This document shows, piece after piece, positions 1-9,142 of a stretch of DNA of 48,309 bases. The first letter of the stretch is position 1; each line of letters opens with the position of its first letter. Source of the DNA: Gemmatimonadota bacterium (lineage in GTDB: Bacteria > 4572-55 > J002); contig RFFQ01000057.1 of assembly GCA_003697105.1 (NCBI GenBank), forward strand, positions 1 to 48,309. The letters are read 5' to 3'. The translations under genes and the position numbers were made by a program. The notes below the pieces were generated by a model. It had not been told where the DNA came from, did not search any database, and saw only the letters and a program-made list of their open reading frames with translations.

Positions 1-340
1 CAGTGAATGGGCAATGCCGGTACAAGCGTCCTACACGGGTGCGGGTGCTGAGTTTGATGCCGATGGTGAACTGTGGCTAGTCAGCCAGAACGATTCCAAC
101 ATCTACCAGATGCAGTTCAGCGATTATCTGGGTGGTCGTGGTGTTGGCTCGCAACCGTGGGTCTTTATCGATCCGATGGCGGCGTCCGTCTGGCCCGAAG
201 ATTCGCCGCTGGAAGGTACCATTACATTTGATGCAGACACGGATGAAGGGGAATTATTACTCGGTGGTACCTACTATGCCGTGGCGCACTTCCTCACCAA
301 CGATCCGGAAAACCCGGATGTCGAAGTGACCTGTATCTTC
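1..340 (+). repeat. Intragenic direct repeat, copy 1 (truncated by window edge)
   Basis: Aligns to 1567-1909. Bases 5-70 are identical to 1571-1636. Offset is 1566 nt (522 codons), becoming 1569 after a net one-codon indel. Confidence 0.95.
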
Positions 341-3300
341 AATATTGGCGGTACCTGCGCCGAGGTGAGCATTGATACTGATGAAGTGTACGAATACATC
401 CTTGCCGGTGCTCCATTAACAACGTCCGTTGCTGTCAGTAACGCTGAAGGTGCGTCGGCAATGGCGGAGTGGAGTGTTGATTTGGGTGGTGTTGATTGGG
501 TCGAAGCGGTTCCGTCCAGTGGTAGCGGCTTGCTGCCGGGCGATACCCATACCTTTGATCTGGTCTTCAATACCGATCAGCCGGTGGGTCTGTATGAAAC
601 CACTGCTATCGTTAGCTGGAGTGGTGGCGATTGTGCCGATGAAATTAGTTTTCCGGTGACAATGGAAGTCTTTAACCCGGATATCGTCGTGGAAGATACA
701 TTCTATGAAATGACGATTGACGTTTCCGATCCGCCGGAAGGCTACGCGATTTCCGATCTGATCAGCATCTATAACAACGGCTCCGGTCCGTTGATCTACG
801 AAGTGGATATTGACTTCCAAGACAACCGTGCCGAAGCCCTGTTGGGTGACCATGTCAAACCATTGACGCAGGCGTTTGCACGTCCAGCTAATAAAGCCGC
901 TGTGGCGAAAGCCGACCGTCAACCGGTTAGCTACTCCTTGGCACGTACTGCCGAAGAGTTGAACCTACGTCCGCAACCGCTCAGTGGTACGCTGCGTACC
1001 GGTGAAGTGCTCAACAACTGGGCACCGGAAGGTACACAACCGTGGGGTATCAACTGGAGTGACAATCCGGAAGAAGCGGTTTGGGTCACCAATCCGTTTG
1101 CCGGTTCGCCGATTATTACGGCTCATAGCCCGGAAGATGGTAGCGCACTCGACTTTACGTTGGATGCCTCCGGTTGGATGGGCTCTTGGGTTGGCGATAT
1201 GGCATACGACTGGAATCACGATGTTTTCTGGTGTGTGAATGTCGGTGGTGACAACAATATCTACGGTTTAGACCCGGAAACGGGCGATGTTCTGTACGTC
1301 GTAGAAGGTGAGTTCAACTTCACCTCTGCGCGTGGTCTTGCCTATGATAACAACACGGATACCTTCTACATTGGTAGCTGGAATTACACTGACATCTACC
1401 ATGTTGAAGGGATTGATAGCGACACGCCGGGTGCGACGATCCGCACCTTCCCGTGGAGCGGTGTTTCTGGTTTGGCGTTCCACGAAGGCAGCAACATGCT
1501 GGCTGTGATTGTGAATGCTGCGACGGAAGCCATCACGCTGGTCAATGCGGAGACGCTGGAAATTGACAGCGAATGGGCAATGCCGGTACAAGCGTCCTAC
1601 ACGGGTGCGGGTGCTGAGTTTGATGCCGATGGTGAATTGTGGTTGGTCAGCCAGAGCGATTTCAACATCTACCAGATGCAGTTCAGCGACTATCTCGGTG
1701 GGCGTGGCGTCGGTTCCTTACCATGGCTGAGTATCGATCCGGCAGCCGCTTCGGTTTGGCCCGAAGATTCGCCGCTGGAAGGTACTATTACGTTTGACGC
1801 TCAACCGGAAGACGGTGGTGAAGTCCTGTTGGGTGGTACCTACTACGCTGTTGCCCATATCCTGAGCAACGATCCGGAAAACCCGGATGTGGAAGTGGTC
1901 TGTATCTTCCACGTAGAAGGTGCTGAGTGTAACCCGTCTGTCGAACCGGCAGAAATGGATATTCCGGTTTGGGAAGATGCCTATGCGGAAGAAACGTTGA
2001 TGATTGGCAATGCCATCGATGCGACCGCATATGCGACGTACACCATCGAAATCGATCCGGCTGTGGAATGGCTGGAACTGAGCCAGTACGAAGGTAGTGT
2101 TGAACCCGGTAGTGCGGATGATGTCACATTGATGATCATGCCGCCAAGCGAGGGTGGTGACTACTCTACCAGTCTGCTTATCACCTTTGATTGTTTCGAT
2201 GATGGTCCTCAAACGATTGAAGTTCCGGTCACCATTAACGTCTCTGACCCGGCGGCAACGCTTGATCCAGAGTCGATCTATGGTGCAGGCGAACTCGGTG
2301 ATGTTGTGGAAGTCAACCTGCAAGTCTGTAATGTTGGCGACGGTGACTTACCGTTTATTACCGCGTTTGAATTTGTCGAAGACGAAGGTGATGGACGGGT
2401 TGTTCGTGACCTGGTTGCCGGTCAAGATTCTGATGCCCGTAAGGGTGATGATGAAGCCGGTTCCGGTACGCCGGTACTGCGTGGCTCCGGTGGACCCGAC
2501 TACTGGGGTTACTCCTGGGTGGACAGCGATGAAGGAAATGGTCCGGTATTTGAATGGAATGACATCAGCGAAAGCGGTACGATGATCTCTGGTCTCGGTG
2601 ACGATACCAACGTCGGTCCGTTTGATCTGGGCTTCGATTTCGAATACTATGGTCAAACCTTCAATAGCATCCGCTTCTGTACCAATGGCTTTGCGACGTT
2701 TACCAGTACGCTGGCCTCTTTCGGCAACTCCTGTATCGGTGAAACCGATGGTCCAGAAAACATGCTGGCACCGTTCTGGGATGATCTGCACGTGCGTAAT
2801 GGTGCCGGTTACTACCTGGCAGATGGAAATACCTTTACCCTGCAATGGACCAATTTTGGTCGATTTAGTGGTGATGGTGATTACACCTTCCAGATCGTGA
2901 TCAAATCCAATGGTGAAATTTACTACTACTACAACAGCATGAGCGGTATCCTTGATTCCGCTACTATCGGTATCGAAGATCAAGCCGCGGCGGGTCTGGA
3001 AGTTGCCTGTAACACGGCATACGTCCATGACGAATTAGCGGTTAAGATTTCTGCCGGTAGCTGGTGCTACACCGATCCAGAAGAAGTGTATGTGTACGCT
3101 GGTGAATGTGCCGACGTGACGGTCTATCTGGATGGAAACGAAGTTGACGGTGAAGGTCAATACACCGGCGAATTGTGGCTCTGGCATAATGATGCCGACT
3201 TGCCAAATCCGTTGGTTGTTCCGGTAGTCTTTGATGTGGGTGTGCAAGGTGTCTTCACCATCTCCGGTCATGTAGGTTACTGGAACGATAACCTCGATAT

Positions 3301-4435
3301 GGCTGGTATTGAAGTGCAGATGCACGGCGACCTCGAAGATGTCTTTATGACCGATGATACCGGTATGTACGCAATGGTGGATATACCCGGTGGTAACTCG
3401 TACTGGACAGAACCCGCCATAGAAGGCTATCCGGTTGAAGAGCGTCATCCGTCCATCTCTGCCTTCGATGCGGCACGTACCGCGCAGTTCTCTGCCGGCA
3501 GTTATGATCTCAATGAGTACCAGCAACTTGCGGCGGATGTTACCGGCGACGGTAGTATTTCTCCGTTCGACGCGGCTCGTATCCTGCAATACTCGACCGG
3601 TATTGCCAATAGTTCTCGCACAGGTGAATGGACCTCCTCGCCAGAACTGTACGAATACATGCCGCTCGAAATGGATATGTTCGATCAAGATTACTTTGCC
3701 ATCCTGTATGGTGATGTAACCGGTAACTGGGCACCCGATGCCGCCCGCGTGAAAGGTCAATCTGACCGGATCGCGAGTGCTATGGTGACTCTGGCGGATG
3801 CTCAGGTGGCACCGGGCGAAGAAGTCGTGATGCCGTTGATCGTCTCCGATCTGACGGGTCTTGACGTCATCGCTCTGCAAGCGTCGTTGGAATATGATGC
3901 AAATGTACTGGAGTTTGTCGGTTATCGCACTGCCGGTACGTTAACCGAAGGATTTGAACTGGCAGAATCTTCAAATCTGGGTGGTTACGCACTGCAAGCG
4001 ATTGCCGGCGAAGGTACGTTAATCGAAGTGGTCTTCAAGGCTGTGGGTGAAATCGGTGAAAGTAGCACCGTGACGTTGGGTGGTTTCATGCTCAACGAAA
4101 CGGTTCTGGCAGACCTCAGTGCCGAAGTCAAGGTAGTGCCGCAAGTGGCAGTCCCAGAAAACTTCGCTCTGAGCCAGAACTACCCGAATCCGTTCAACCC
4201 GGTCACGAAGATTACGTATGCTCTGCCTGAAGCTGCCAATGTTTCGTTGCGCATCTATGATGTCACCGGTCGTCTGGTTACGACCTTAGTCGATGGCGCG
4301 CACGAAGCCGGTTACTTCAATGTCACCTGGACAGGCACGGATGATTTGGGTAACGCCGTTTCCAGCGGTGTGTACTTCTATGTCATTCAAGCCGGTGACT
4401 TTACGCAGACACGTTCGATGACGCTGTTGAAGTAA
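1..4435 (+). CDS. Very large acidic secreted modular protein, 5'-partial: repeated beta-propeller + Ig/BACON-like modules, nidogen-like domain, dockerin-like, cohesin-like, FlgD-Ig/T9SS-type C-terminal domain
   Basis: Frame is open from base 2 (SEWAMPVQ...), so ATG 14 is internal. Motifs: propeller blades (GDMAYD, GLAYD, GLAFH); GGPDYWGYSWVDSD...LAPFWDDL; dockerin-like LAADVTGDGSISPFDAARILQY (~3455-3601); cohesin-like VTLADAQVAPGEEVVMPLIV...LEYDANVLEF (~3785-4135); ALSQNYPNPFNP...SSGVYFY...MTLLK stop. Confidence 0.85.
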   Translation, partial: SEWAMPVQASYTGAGAEFDADGELWLVSQNDSNIYQMQFSDYLGGRGVGSQPWVFIDPMAASVWPEDSPLEGTITFDADTDEGELLLGGTYYAVAHFLTNDPENPDVEVTCIFNIGGTCAEVSIDTDEVYEYILAGAPLTTSVAVSNAEGASAMAEWSVDLGGVDWVEAVPSSGSGLLPGDTHTFDLVFNTDQPVGLYETTAIVSWSGGDCADEISFPVTMEVFNPDIVVEDTFYEMTIDVSDPPEGYAISDLISIYNNGSGPLIYEVDIDFQDNRAEALLGDHVKPLTQAFARPANKAAVAKADRQPVSYSLARTAEELNLRPQPLSGTLRTGEVLNNWAPEGTQPWGINWSDNPEEAVWVTNPFAGSPIITAHSPEDGSALDFTLDASGWMGSWVGDMAYDWNHDVFWCVNVGGDNNIYGLDPETGDVLYVVEGEFNFTSARGLAYDNNTDTFYIGSWNYTDIYHVEGIDSDTPGATIRTFPWSGVSGLAFHEGSNMLAVIVNAATEAITLVNAETLEIDSEWAMPVQASYTGAGAEFDADGELWLVSQSDFNIYQMQFSDYLGGRGVGSLPWLSIDPAAASVWPEDSPLEGTITFDAQPEDGGEVLLGGTYYAVAHILSNDPENPDVEVVCIFHVEGAECNPSVEPAEMDIPVWEDAYAEETLMIGNAIDATAYATYTIEIDPAVEWLELSQYEGSVEPGSADDVTLMIMPPSEGGDYSTSLLITFDCFDDGPQTIEVPVTINVSDPAATLDPESIYGAGELGDVVEVNLQVCNVGDGDLPFITAFEFVEDEGDGRVVRDLVAGQDSDARKGDDEAGSGTPVLRGSGGPDYWGYSWVDSDEGNGPVFEWNDISESGTMISGLGDDTNVGPFDLGFDFEYYGQTFNSIRFCTNGFATFTSTLASFGNSCIGETDGPENMLAPFWDDLHVRNGAGYYLADGNTFTLQWTNFGRFSGDGDYTFQIVIKSNGEIYYYYNSMSGILDSATIGIEDQAAAGLEVACNTAYVHDELAVKISAGSWCYTDPEEVYVYAGECADVTVYLDGNEVDGEGQYTGELWLWHNDADLPNPLVVPVVFDVGVQGVFTISGHVGYWNDNLDMAGIEVQMHGDLEDVFMTDDTGMYAMVDIPGGNSYWTEPAIEGYPVEERHPSISAFDAARTAQFSAGSYDLNEYQQLAADVTGDGSISPFDAARILQYSTGIANSSRTGEWTSSPELYEYMPLEMDMFDQDYFAILYGDVTGNWAPDAARVKGQSDRIASAMVTLADAQVAPGEEVVMPLIVSDLTGLDVIALQASLEYDANVLEFVGYRTAGTLTEGFELAESSNLGGYALQAIAGEGTLIEVVFKAVGEIGESSTVTLGGFMLNETVLADLSAEVKVVPQVAVPENFALSQNYPNPFNPVTKITYALPEAANVSLRIYDVTGRLVTTLVDGAHEAGYFNVTWTGTDDLGNAVSSGVYFYVIQAGDFTQTRSMTLLK
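1567..1909 (+). repeat. Intragenic direct repeat, copy 2
   Basis: SEWAMPVQASYTGAGAEFDADGELWLVSQ...NDPENPDVEVxCIF occurs twice in the protein, with high nucleotide identity. Confidence 0.95.
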
Positions 4436-4449
4436 TCCCTCACTTTTTC

Positions 4450-4484
4450 CCCGATGAGACTGCCCCTGCGGCGGTCTCGTCGGG
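4450..4484 (+). other. Stem-loop immediately 3' of the giant CDS
   Basis: CCCGATGAGACTGCC / GGCGGTCTCGTCGGG pair with G-U wobbles; no U tract follows. Confidence 0.6.
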
Positions 4485-4500
4485 CGGATTTGGAAATAAC

Positions 4501-4547
4501 CCCCCCGACATAAGCATGTTGCAACTGTGTCGGGGGGATTTCTTTTT
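4501..4547 (+). terminator. Intrinsic terminator
   Basis: CCCCCCGACA...TGTCGGGGGG stem followed by ATTTCTTTTT. Confidence 0.8.
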
Positions 4548-4583
4548 GACTATAATTTCTAAATCAATTGAGACCCGCTTCTA

Positions 4584-4925
4584 ATGGAAATAACAACAAC
4601 AATAAAGTCGATGCTCTATTTTCTTCTGGCTGGACTTTTCGAAATTGGTGGTGGCTACCTTGTTTGGATATGGCTCCGTGAAGGAAAATCGATTTGGTAT
4701 GCCGTTGCTGGTGGAATTATCCTCGTTCTTTATGGCGTAGTTCCTACTTTACAGCCAGCCCACTTTGGTCGGGTATATGCGGCTTATGGTGGGGTATTTA
4801 TCGTTCTTTCTATTTTGTGGGGATGGAAAATTGACAAAATAGCACCTGATCGTTTCGACGTCATCGGCGGATTAGTAGCCTTGGTTGGAGTGGGCATTAT
4901 CATGTATTGGCCAAGGTCCCAATAA
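4584..4925 (+). CDS. ynfA: YnfA/UPF0060 family small membrane protein (SMR-like)
   Basis: [19 protein letters not shown]...[21 protein letters not shown]...PDRFDVIG is the UPF0060 pattern; four TM helices. Confidence 0.92.
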   Translation: MEITTTIKSMLYFLLAGLFEIGGGYLVWIWLREGKSIWYAVAGGIILVLYGVVPTLQPAHFGRVYAAYGGVFIVLSILWGWKIDKIAPDRFDVIGGLVALVGVGIIMYWPRSQ

Positions 4926-4946
4926 AAAAAATGATGATGTGGTATA

Positions 4947-5017
4947 GCATAACAAGGTGCTTCACCTGACCGCTATTCCGCTACGTTCCATAGCGACAAG
5001 CGAGCTGATCGTTATGG
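4947..5017 (+). mobile_element. Integron attC-like recombination site (solitary, partly degenerate)
   Basis: R'' GCATAAC (4947-4953) and R' GTTATGG (5011-5017), 71 bp overall. Internal imperfect palindrome CACCTGACCGCTAT...ATAGCGACAAGCG. Lies 21 nt after the ynfA stop, as expected for a gene cassette. Confidence 0.7.
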
Positions 5018-5115
5018 CTGGACGGTTTGCGCGTCTCTCCTGAGGGATTTGAGACACTCACCCGCCCCAACTCATGAAACTCGTCGAACTCCCCAACTCA
5101 ATTCAGGAGGTGTTC

Positions 5116-7371
5116 ATGTACAAAATTGCTATAGGTTTATTCTTGATTCTTTTTGTCGAAATTTTTCCGGTTCAGGCGCAGCTTGGCGGTTGGGATTGGT
5201 CGAATCCACAACCGCAGGGGTTCGATCTACATGCGATTACCCCGATCCCCGGCACGGAAACCATAATGGTGGTGGGGAAAAATGGTACTTTACTTCGCTC
5301 CGATGATCGGGGGGATAACTGGATGGTGGAACACCGGCTCAATGGTTTTTCGGGTGATTTTAACGTGGTTGATTTCCCCTCGGCAACAGTCGGTTACATT
5401 GCCGGAGGTAGCGGTTATCTGTTCAAGAGCACCGATGGCGGCGGCTCGTGGGAGGGAATCGATACCGGAATCAATCAAGACGTTATCACACTAGATTTTG
5501 CCACGGAAGGCACCGGAATTCTTTCAACCGGAAGCTCAACCCTGCGCACAACCAATGGCGGGGAGGATTGGGAGATTAACCTGGAGCGGGGATTTTCCTC
5601 GATTGAATTTGTGAATGCAGACACCGCCTATGCGGGCGGCTGGTCAAATACCGGCTCCAGTGTTTTTAAAACGACGAATGCCGGTGACAGTTGGACATGG
5701 CTTGCTGATTTTCCGGGGGGTCCCTCTTTGGATATTTCGTTTCCAGTGGCGGACATCGGCTACGCTATATTTGAAGCAGAACCGTCGCTTTGGAAAACCA
5801 CAAATGGAGGATCGGATTGGGTGCAACTGCCATTTGAAGGCTCTGGAATGGGATGGGTTTTGCCCCAACTCATTCATTTTACGGATGCCAATACGGGTTT
5901 TTTGGTTGGCTGGAATGGGCTTGTAGATGGAGATGGCTATTTTGGTGCGATCCTGAAAACCACCAATGGTGGTGAAACTTGGATCGGAGAGAATGATTAT
6001 ACTCTGACCAACAATATACATGATTTGACATTTGTGGATGCGACAACCGGATTCACCGCCGGCGACCGGGGTGACATCATGCGAACCCAGAATCAGGGCG
6101 ACGATTGGCAGCGGCTCTCCACAAATACAACCGGTGCGGATTTAACTTCCATCCAATATGTTACATCAGATGTTGCCTATGCGACCGGCGGACATATTGT
6201 TTATGGCTCGTGGGACTGGTATCCAGTAACCACCGTCTTGAAGACAACCGATGCCGGTTTGAACTGGCAAAACACAGGTTCTTATTGGGGAGAAAGTGTC
6301 TTTCATGATCTTCATTTTGTTACACCGGATGTCGGCTACGTTGTGGGTTATATCTTCACATATCATTATCCTGAAGGTGCTGTGATGATCAAAACCACCG
6401 ATGGTGGCGCAACATGGCAATCTTTATATGAAGATCAAGGCGAACTCCATCTCAGATCGGTCTTTTTCATCACTGCCGATGTGGGTTGGGTGGTGGGATA
6501 TGAACGGCTCAACGGTACTCGGAGTGCGATTCTCAAAACTACGGACGGTGGCGAAACGTGGATTCCACAGGATGCCGGGACGACGACAAAATTAAATGCG
6601 GTTCAGTTTACAGATTTGGACCGGGGTGTGATTGTTGGTGACGATGGCATGATTTTCCGCACAACCAACGGCGGCGAAGATTGGCAGCTTGTTTCCTCCG
6701 GGGTCACCGCAGATTTGCATGATGTGGCATTTCCGATTTCCAATTCCAGCCAGATCGGTTATGCGGTAGGCAATAGCGGCACGATCCTGATGACGGCTGA
6801 TGGTGGGGAAACGTGGACCCCGCAAGAATCCGGCACAAGTGACCATTTAACCAGTGTTCAATTTCTGGATGTAGCACGCGGTTTTGCTGCCGGTGAGCTT
6901 ACTTTTTTGAAGACGATTAATGGCGGTAGAACGTGGCATATCGACCCGCAGACCTTCCCGGGGTCTATACGGGCGGTCACCTTCTGGAATGCGGATCAGG
7001 GGCTACTTGCCGGAGATTATGGCTTGATTTTGCGTACAGAAATGGGAGGTTTCACCGATGTTCCGGTGGAACAAGCGGCGGTTACAATACCGGAACACGG
7101 CGCGCTTCATCAAAATTACCCGAATCCGTTTAATCCCCAGACGACGATCCGTTTCGGATTACCGGAAATCGGGCGGGTCACCTTGCGAATTTATGACGCT
7201 GGCGGGAAGTTAATAAAAACGCTGGTTGATGGGCAATTGAATGCCGGATGGCATCAGATACGGTGGGATGGCAAGGATGAGACCGGCCAACCGGTTTGTA
7301 GTGGTTTATATCTGTATCAATTGGATTCAAACAGGTTGCACCAAACGCGATCCATGGTCTTGCTCCGCTGA
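5116..7371 (+). CDS. Secreted Ycf48-like/BNR (Asp-box) double beta-propeller with FlgD-Ig/T9SS-type CTD
   Basis: AGGAGG RBS before ATG 5116; signal peptide MYKIAIGLFLILFVEIFPVQA; 13 full plus 1 partial (K/R)TT(D/N)GGxxW repeats; HQNYPNPFNP...SGLYLY CTD. Confidence 0.88.
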   Translation: MYKIAIGLFLILFVEIFPVQAQLGGWDWSNPQPQGFDLHAITPIPGTETIMVVGKNGTLLRSDDRGDNWMVEHRLNGFSGDFNVVDFPSATVGYIAGGSGYLFKSTDGGGSWEGIDTGINQDVITLDFATEGTGILSTGSSTLRTTNGGEDWEINLERGFSSIEFVNADTAYAGGWSNTGSSVFKTTNAGDSWTWLADFPGGPSLDISFPVADIGYAIFEAEPSLWKTTNGGSDWVQLPFEGSGMGWVLPQLIHFTDANTGFLVGWNGLVDGDGYFGAILKTTNGGETWIGENDYTLTNNIHDLTFVDATTGFTAGDRGDIMRTQNQGDDWQRLSTNTTGADLTSIQYVTSDVAYATGGHIVYGSWDWYPVTTVLKTTDAGLNWQNTGSYWGESVFHDLHFVTPDVGYVVGYIFTYHYPEGAVMIKTTDGGATWQSLYEDQGELHLRSVFFITADVGWVVGYERLNGTRSAILKTTDGGETWIPQDAGTTTKLNAVQFTDLDRGVIVGDDGMIFRTTNGGEDWQLVSSGVTADLHDVAFPISNSSQIGYAVGNSGTILMTADGGETWTPQESGTSDHLTSVQFLDVARGFAAGELTFLKTINGGRTWHIDPQTFPGSIRAVTFWNADQGLLAGDYGLILRTEMGGFTDVPVEQAAVTIPEHGALHQNYPNPFNPQTTIRFGLPEIGRVTLRIYDAGGKLIKTLVDGQLNAGWHQIRWDGKDETGQPVCSGLYLYQLDSNRLHQTRSMVLLR

Positions 7372-7376
7372 AATTG

Positions 7377-7709
7377 TTACCGGGCACAGTTAATACAGCG
7401 GTCGCTCTCCGGCATGTAAATGAGCCGCGCCATCCGGATCGGGCGACCGCACATGGAACAACGCCCGAAATCCGCATCATCAATTTTAGATAGCATCTGT
7501 TGGAGTTTGTTTAGTTTGGTCTGGGCAGAACCCAAGGCGGCTTCATTGACACTCCGATTATTGATCGCATCCATGCGAGAAAGCCGCCCAATGGCGTTAT
7601 CGGGCGCAATGGGTTTCACCAATTCTTCCAGTTCCAAAATGCGGGCTTTGGTGGCTGTGATTTCTTCATTGATTCGGGTAATGAGTTCCTGACGTTCTTC
7701 AGCAGTCAT
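7377..7709 (-). CDS. TraR/DksA-family C4 zinc-finger protein
   Basis: Coiled coil with GRLSRMDA; FGRCSMCG...ARL...CINC; AGGA RBS upstream of ATG 7709. Confidence 0.88.
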   Translation of the reverse strand: MTAEERQELITRINEEITATKARILELEELVKPIAPDNAIGRLSRMDAINNRSVNEAALGSAQTKLNKLQQMLSKIDDADFGRCSMCGRPIRMARLIYMPESDRCINCAR

Positions 7710-7938
7710 AAGAGTTTCCTTGGTGAGTAGGGTCAAAAAAGGTTTTTCAACTTAAACTATTGATGTTATGGGGGATAGTCCCTTTGGGTTTAAATCGGCA
7801 AACCCATCTTAAATTTACGTTTTGATAACGAATAAAAAAAGGTTAGGGAATGTACAGTATCTGCCGACCAATGTCAATCAAAAACGTAACGCGGGAGGCA
7901 TCTCTTTAATACACCGGAATCCCGTTGCTGAAATCCCA

Positions 7939-7967
7939 TTGACAAACCCGATCCGAACCTGTAAGAT
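7939..7967 (+). promoter_or_regulatory. sigma70-type promoter for holB-rocD
   Basis: TTGACA-17 nt-TAAGAT, 35 nt upstream of the holB ATG. Confidence 0.7.
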
Positions 7968-8002
7968 ACGAATAATTTATCACACTACAGGATTGATGAA
8001 AG

Positions 8003-9082
8003 ATGGCATTTTCAGATATTGTGGGACAGACCAAAGCCAAAGCCATTTTACATGCCGCCTTGACACATGACCGGCTGGCGCATGCCTATCTTTTTTTTGG
8101 ACCGGCAGGGGTGGGGAAGGAATTTACTGCCCTAGAACTAGCAAAAGCCCTCAATTGCCAAACTCAGGAAGATGACGCTTGTGACCAATGTGTCACCTGC
8201 CGTAAAATCCGCACATTTAATCACCCTGATGTGAAATTGGTTTTCCCGACACCGTCTGATTTCAGCGTGGCGGATATGAACGCCTTTTTGCAAGAAAAAG
8301 CCGCGGATCCCACCCTGGATTATCACGTGGATAAGCCCATGTCGCTTTCGATTGACACGGTGCGGGCTTTACAAAAGGAGGCGGCATATAAACCCTATGA
8401 AGCCCGAAAAAAATGTTATATTCTGCTGGAAGTGGATCGAATGACGGTTCCCGCGGCAAATGCGTTCTTAAAAACGCTAGAAGAACCCCCCTCGCACACG
8501 CAATTTATCCTCACCACCAGTAATATCCGCGGGTTGCTCGACACCATTGTTTCACGTTGCCAAGCCGTGCAATTTACCCCATTAAGTGCTGAGGAGATCG
8601 AACATGCTTTGATCGCATCGCACCAATTTGACCCTGCCGAAGCACGTTTGGCGGCACGGCTGGCAAATGGCAGTTTGGGAGAAGCGCTTAAAGCGCAAGA
8701 CCACCAACTGGTGGAAACACGCAATCAGGCGTTGCAGATCATGGACGCCGCGTTTTCCAATCAGGCGATTGAGTTTCTGACTTACATCGAAAAAATGGGT
8801 AAAACCCGGAATCGCAATTTGATAATCCAATTATTGGATGTTTTACAGCTATGGTATCGCGATCTCATGATGATGAAAGAGTTTGATGATGCGGACCGGG
8901 TCGCGAATTTAGACCAACTGGATCGGATTCACCGTGAGAGTGACCGTCTGTCCATGAATGCGGTAATGGCATCGATCCAAATTATTGAGACGATCAAGGC
9001 AGATATCCGGCAGAATGTCAACGTCCAACTCGCATTGACGGTGCTGCTGCTACGACTTCGTAAAGCACGATTGCTATCATGA
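8003..9082 (+). CDS. holB: DNA polymerase III delta' subunit
   Basis: AHAYLFFGPAGVGK; Zn motif C...CDQCVTC; HPD; AANAFLKTLEEPP; TIVSRC. Confidence 0.95.
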   Translation: MAFSDIVGQTKAKAILHAALTHDRLAHAYLFFGPAGVGKEFTALELAKALNCQTQEDDACDQCVTCRKIRTFNHPDVKLVFPTPSDFSVADMNAFLQEKAADPTLDYHVDKPMSLSIDTVRALQKEAAYKPYEARKKCYILLEVDRMTVPAANAFLKTLEEPPSHTQFILTTSNIRGLLDTIVSRCQAVQFTPLSAEEIEHALIASHQFDPAEARLAARLANGSLGEALKAQDHQLVETRNQALQIMDAAFSNQAIEFLTYIEKMGKTRNRNLIIQLLDVLQLWYRDLMMMKEFDDADRVANLDQLDRIHRESDRLSMNAVMASIQIIETIKADIRQNVNVQLALTVLLLRLRKARLLS

Positions 9083-9142
9083 GTGTTCATTCATCTTTTC
9101 ACCAGTATTCACTTTTTCAACCTATTATGGAGGATTTTTAGT

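Noticed and set aside
1-1909. Repeat pair as a diversity-generating retroelement TR/VR
   Set aside because: Differences are not adenine-specific, both copies are in frame in one CDS, and no reverse transcriptase is in the window.
7770-7830. c-di-GMP-I riboswitch suggested by GGCAAACCC
   Set aside because: The following GAAA tetraloop stem and GACGCAAAGC motif are absent.
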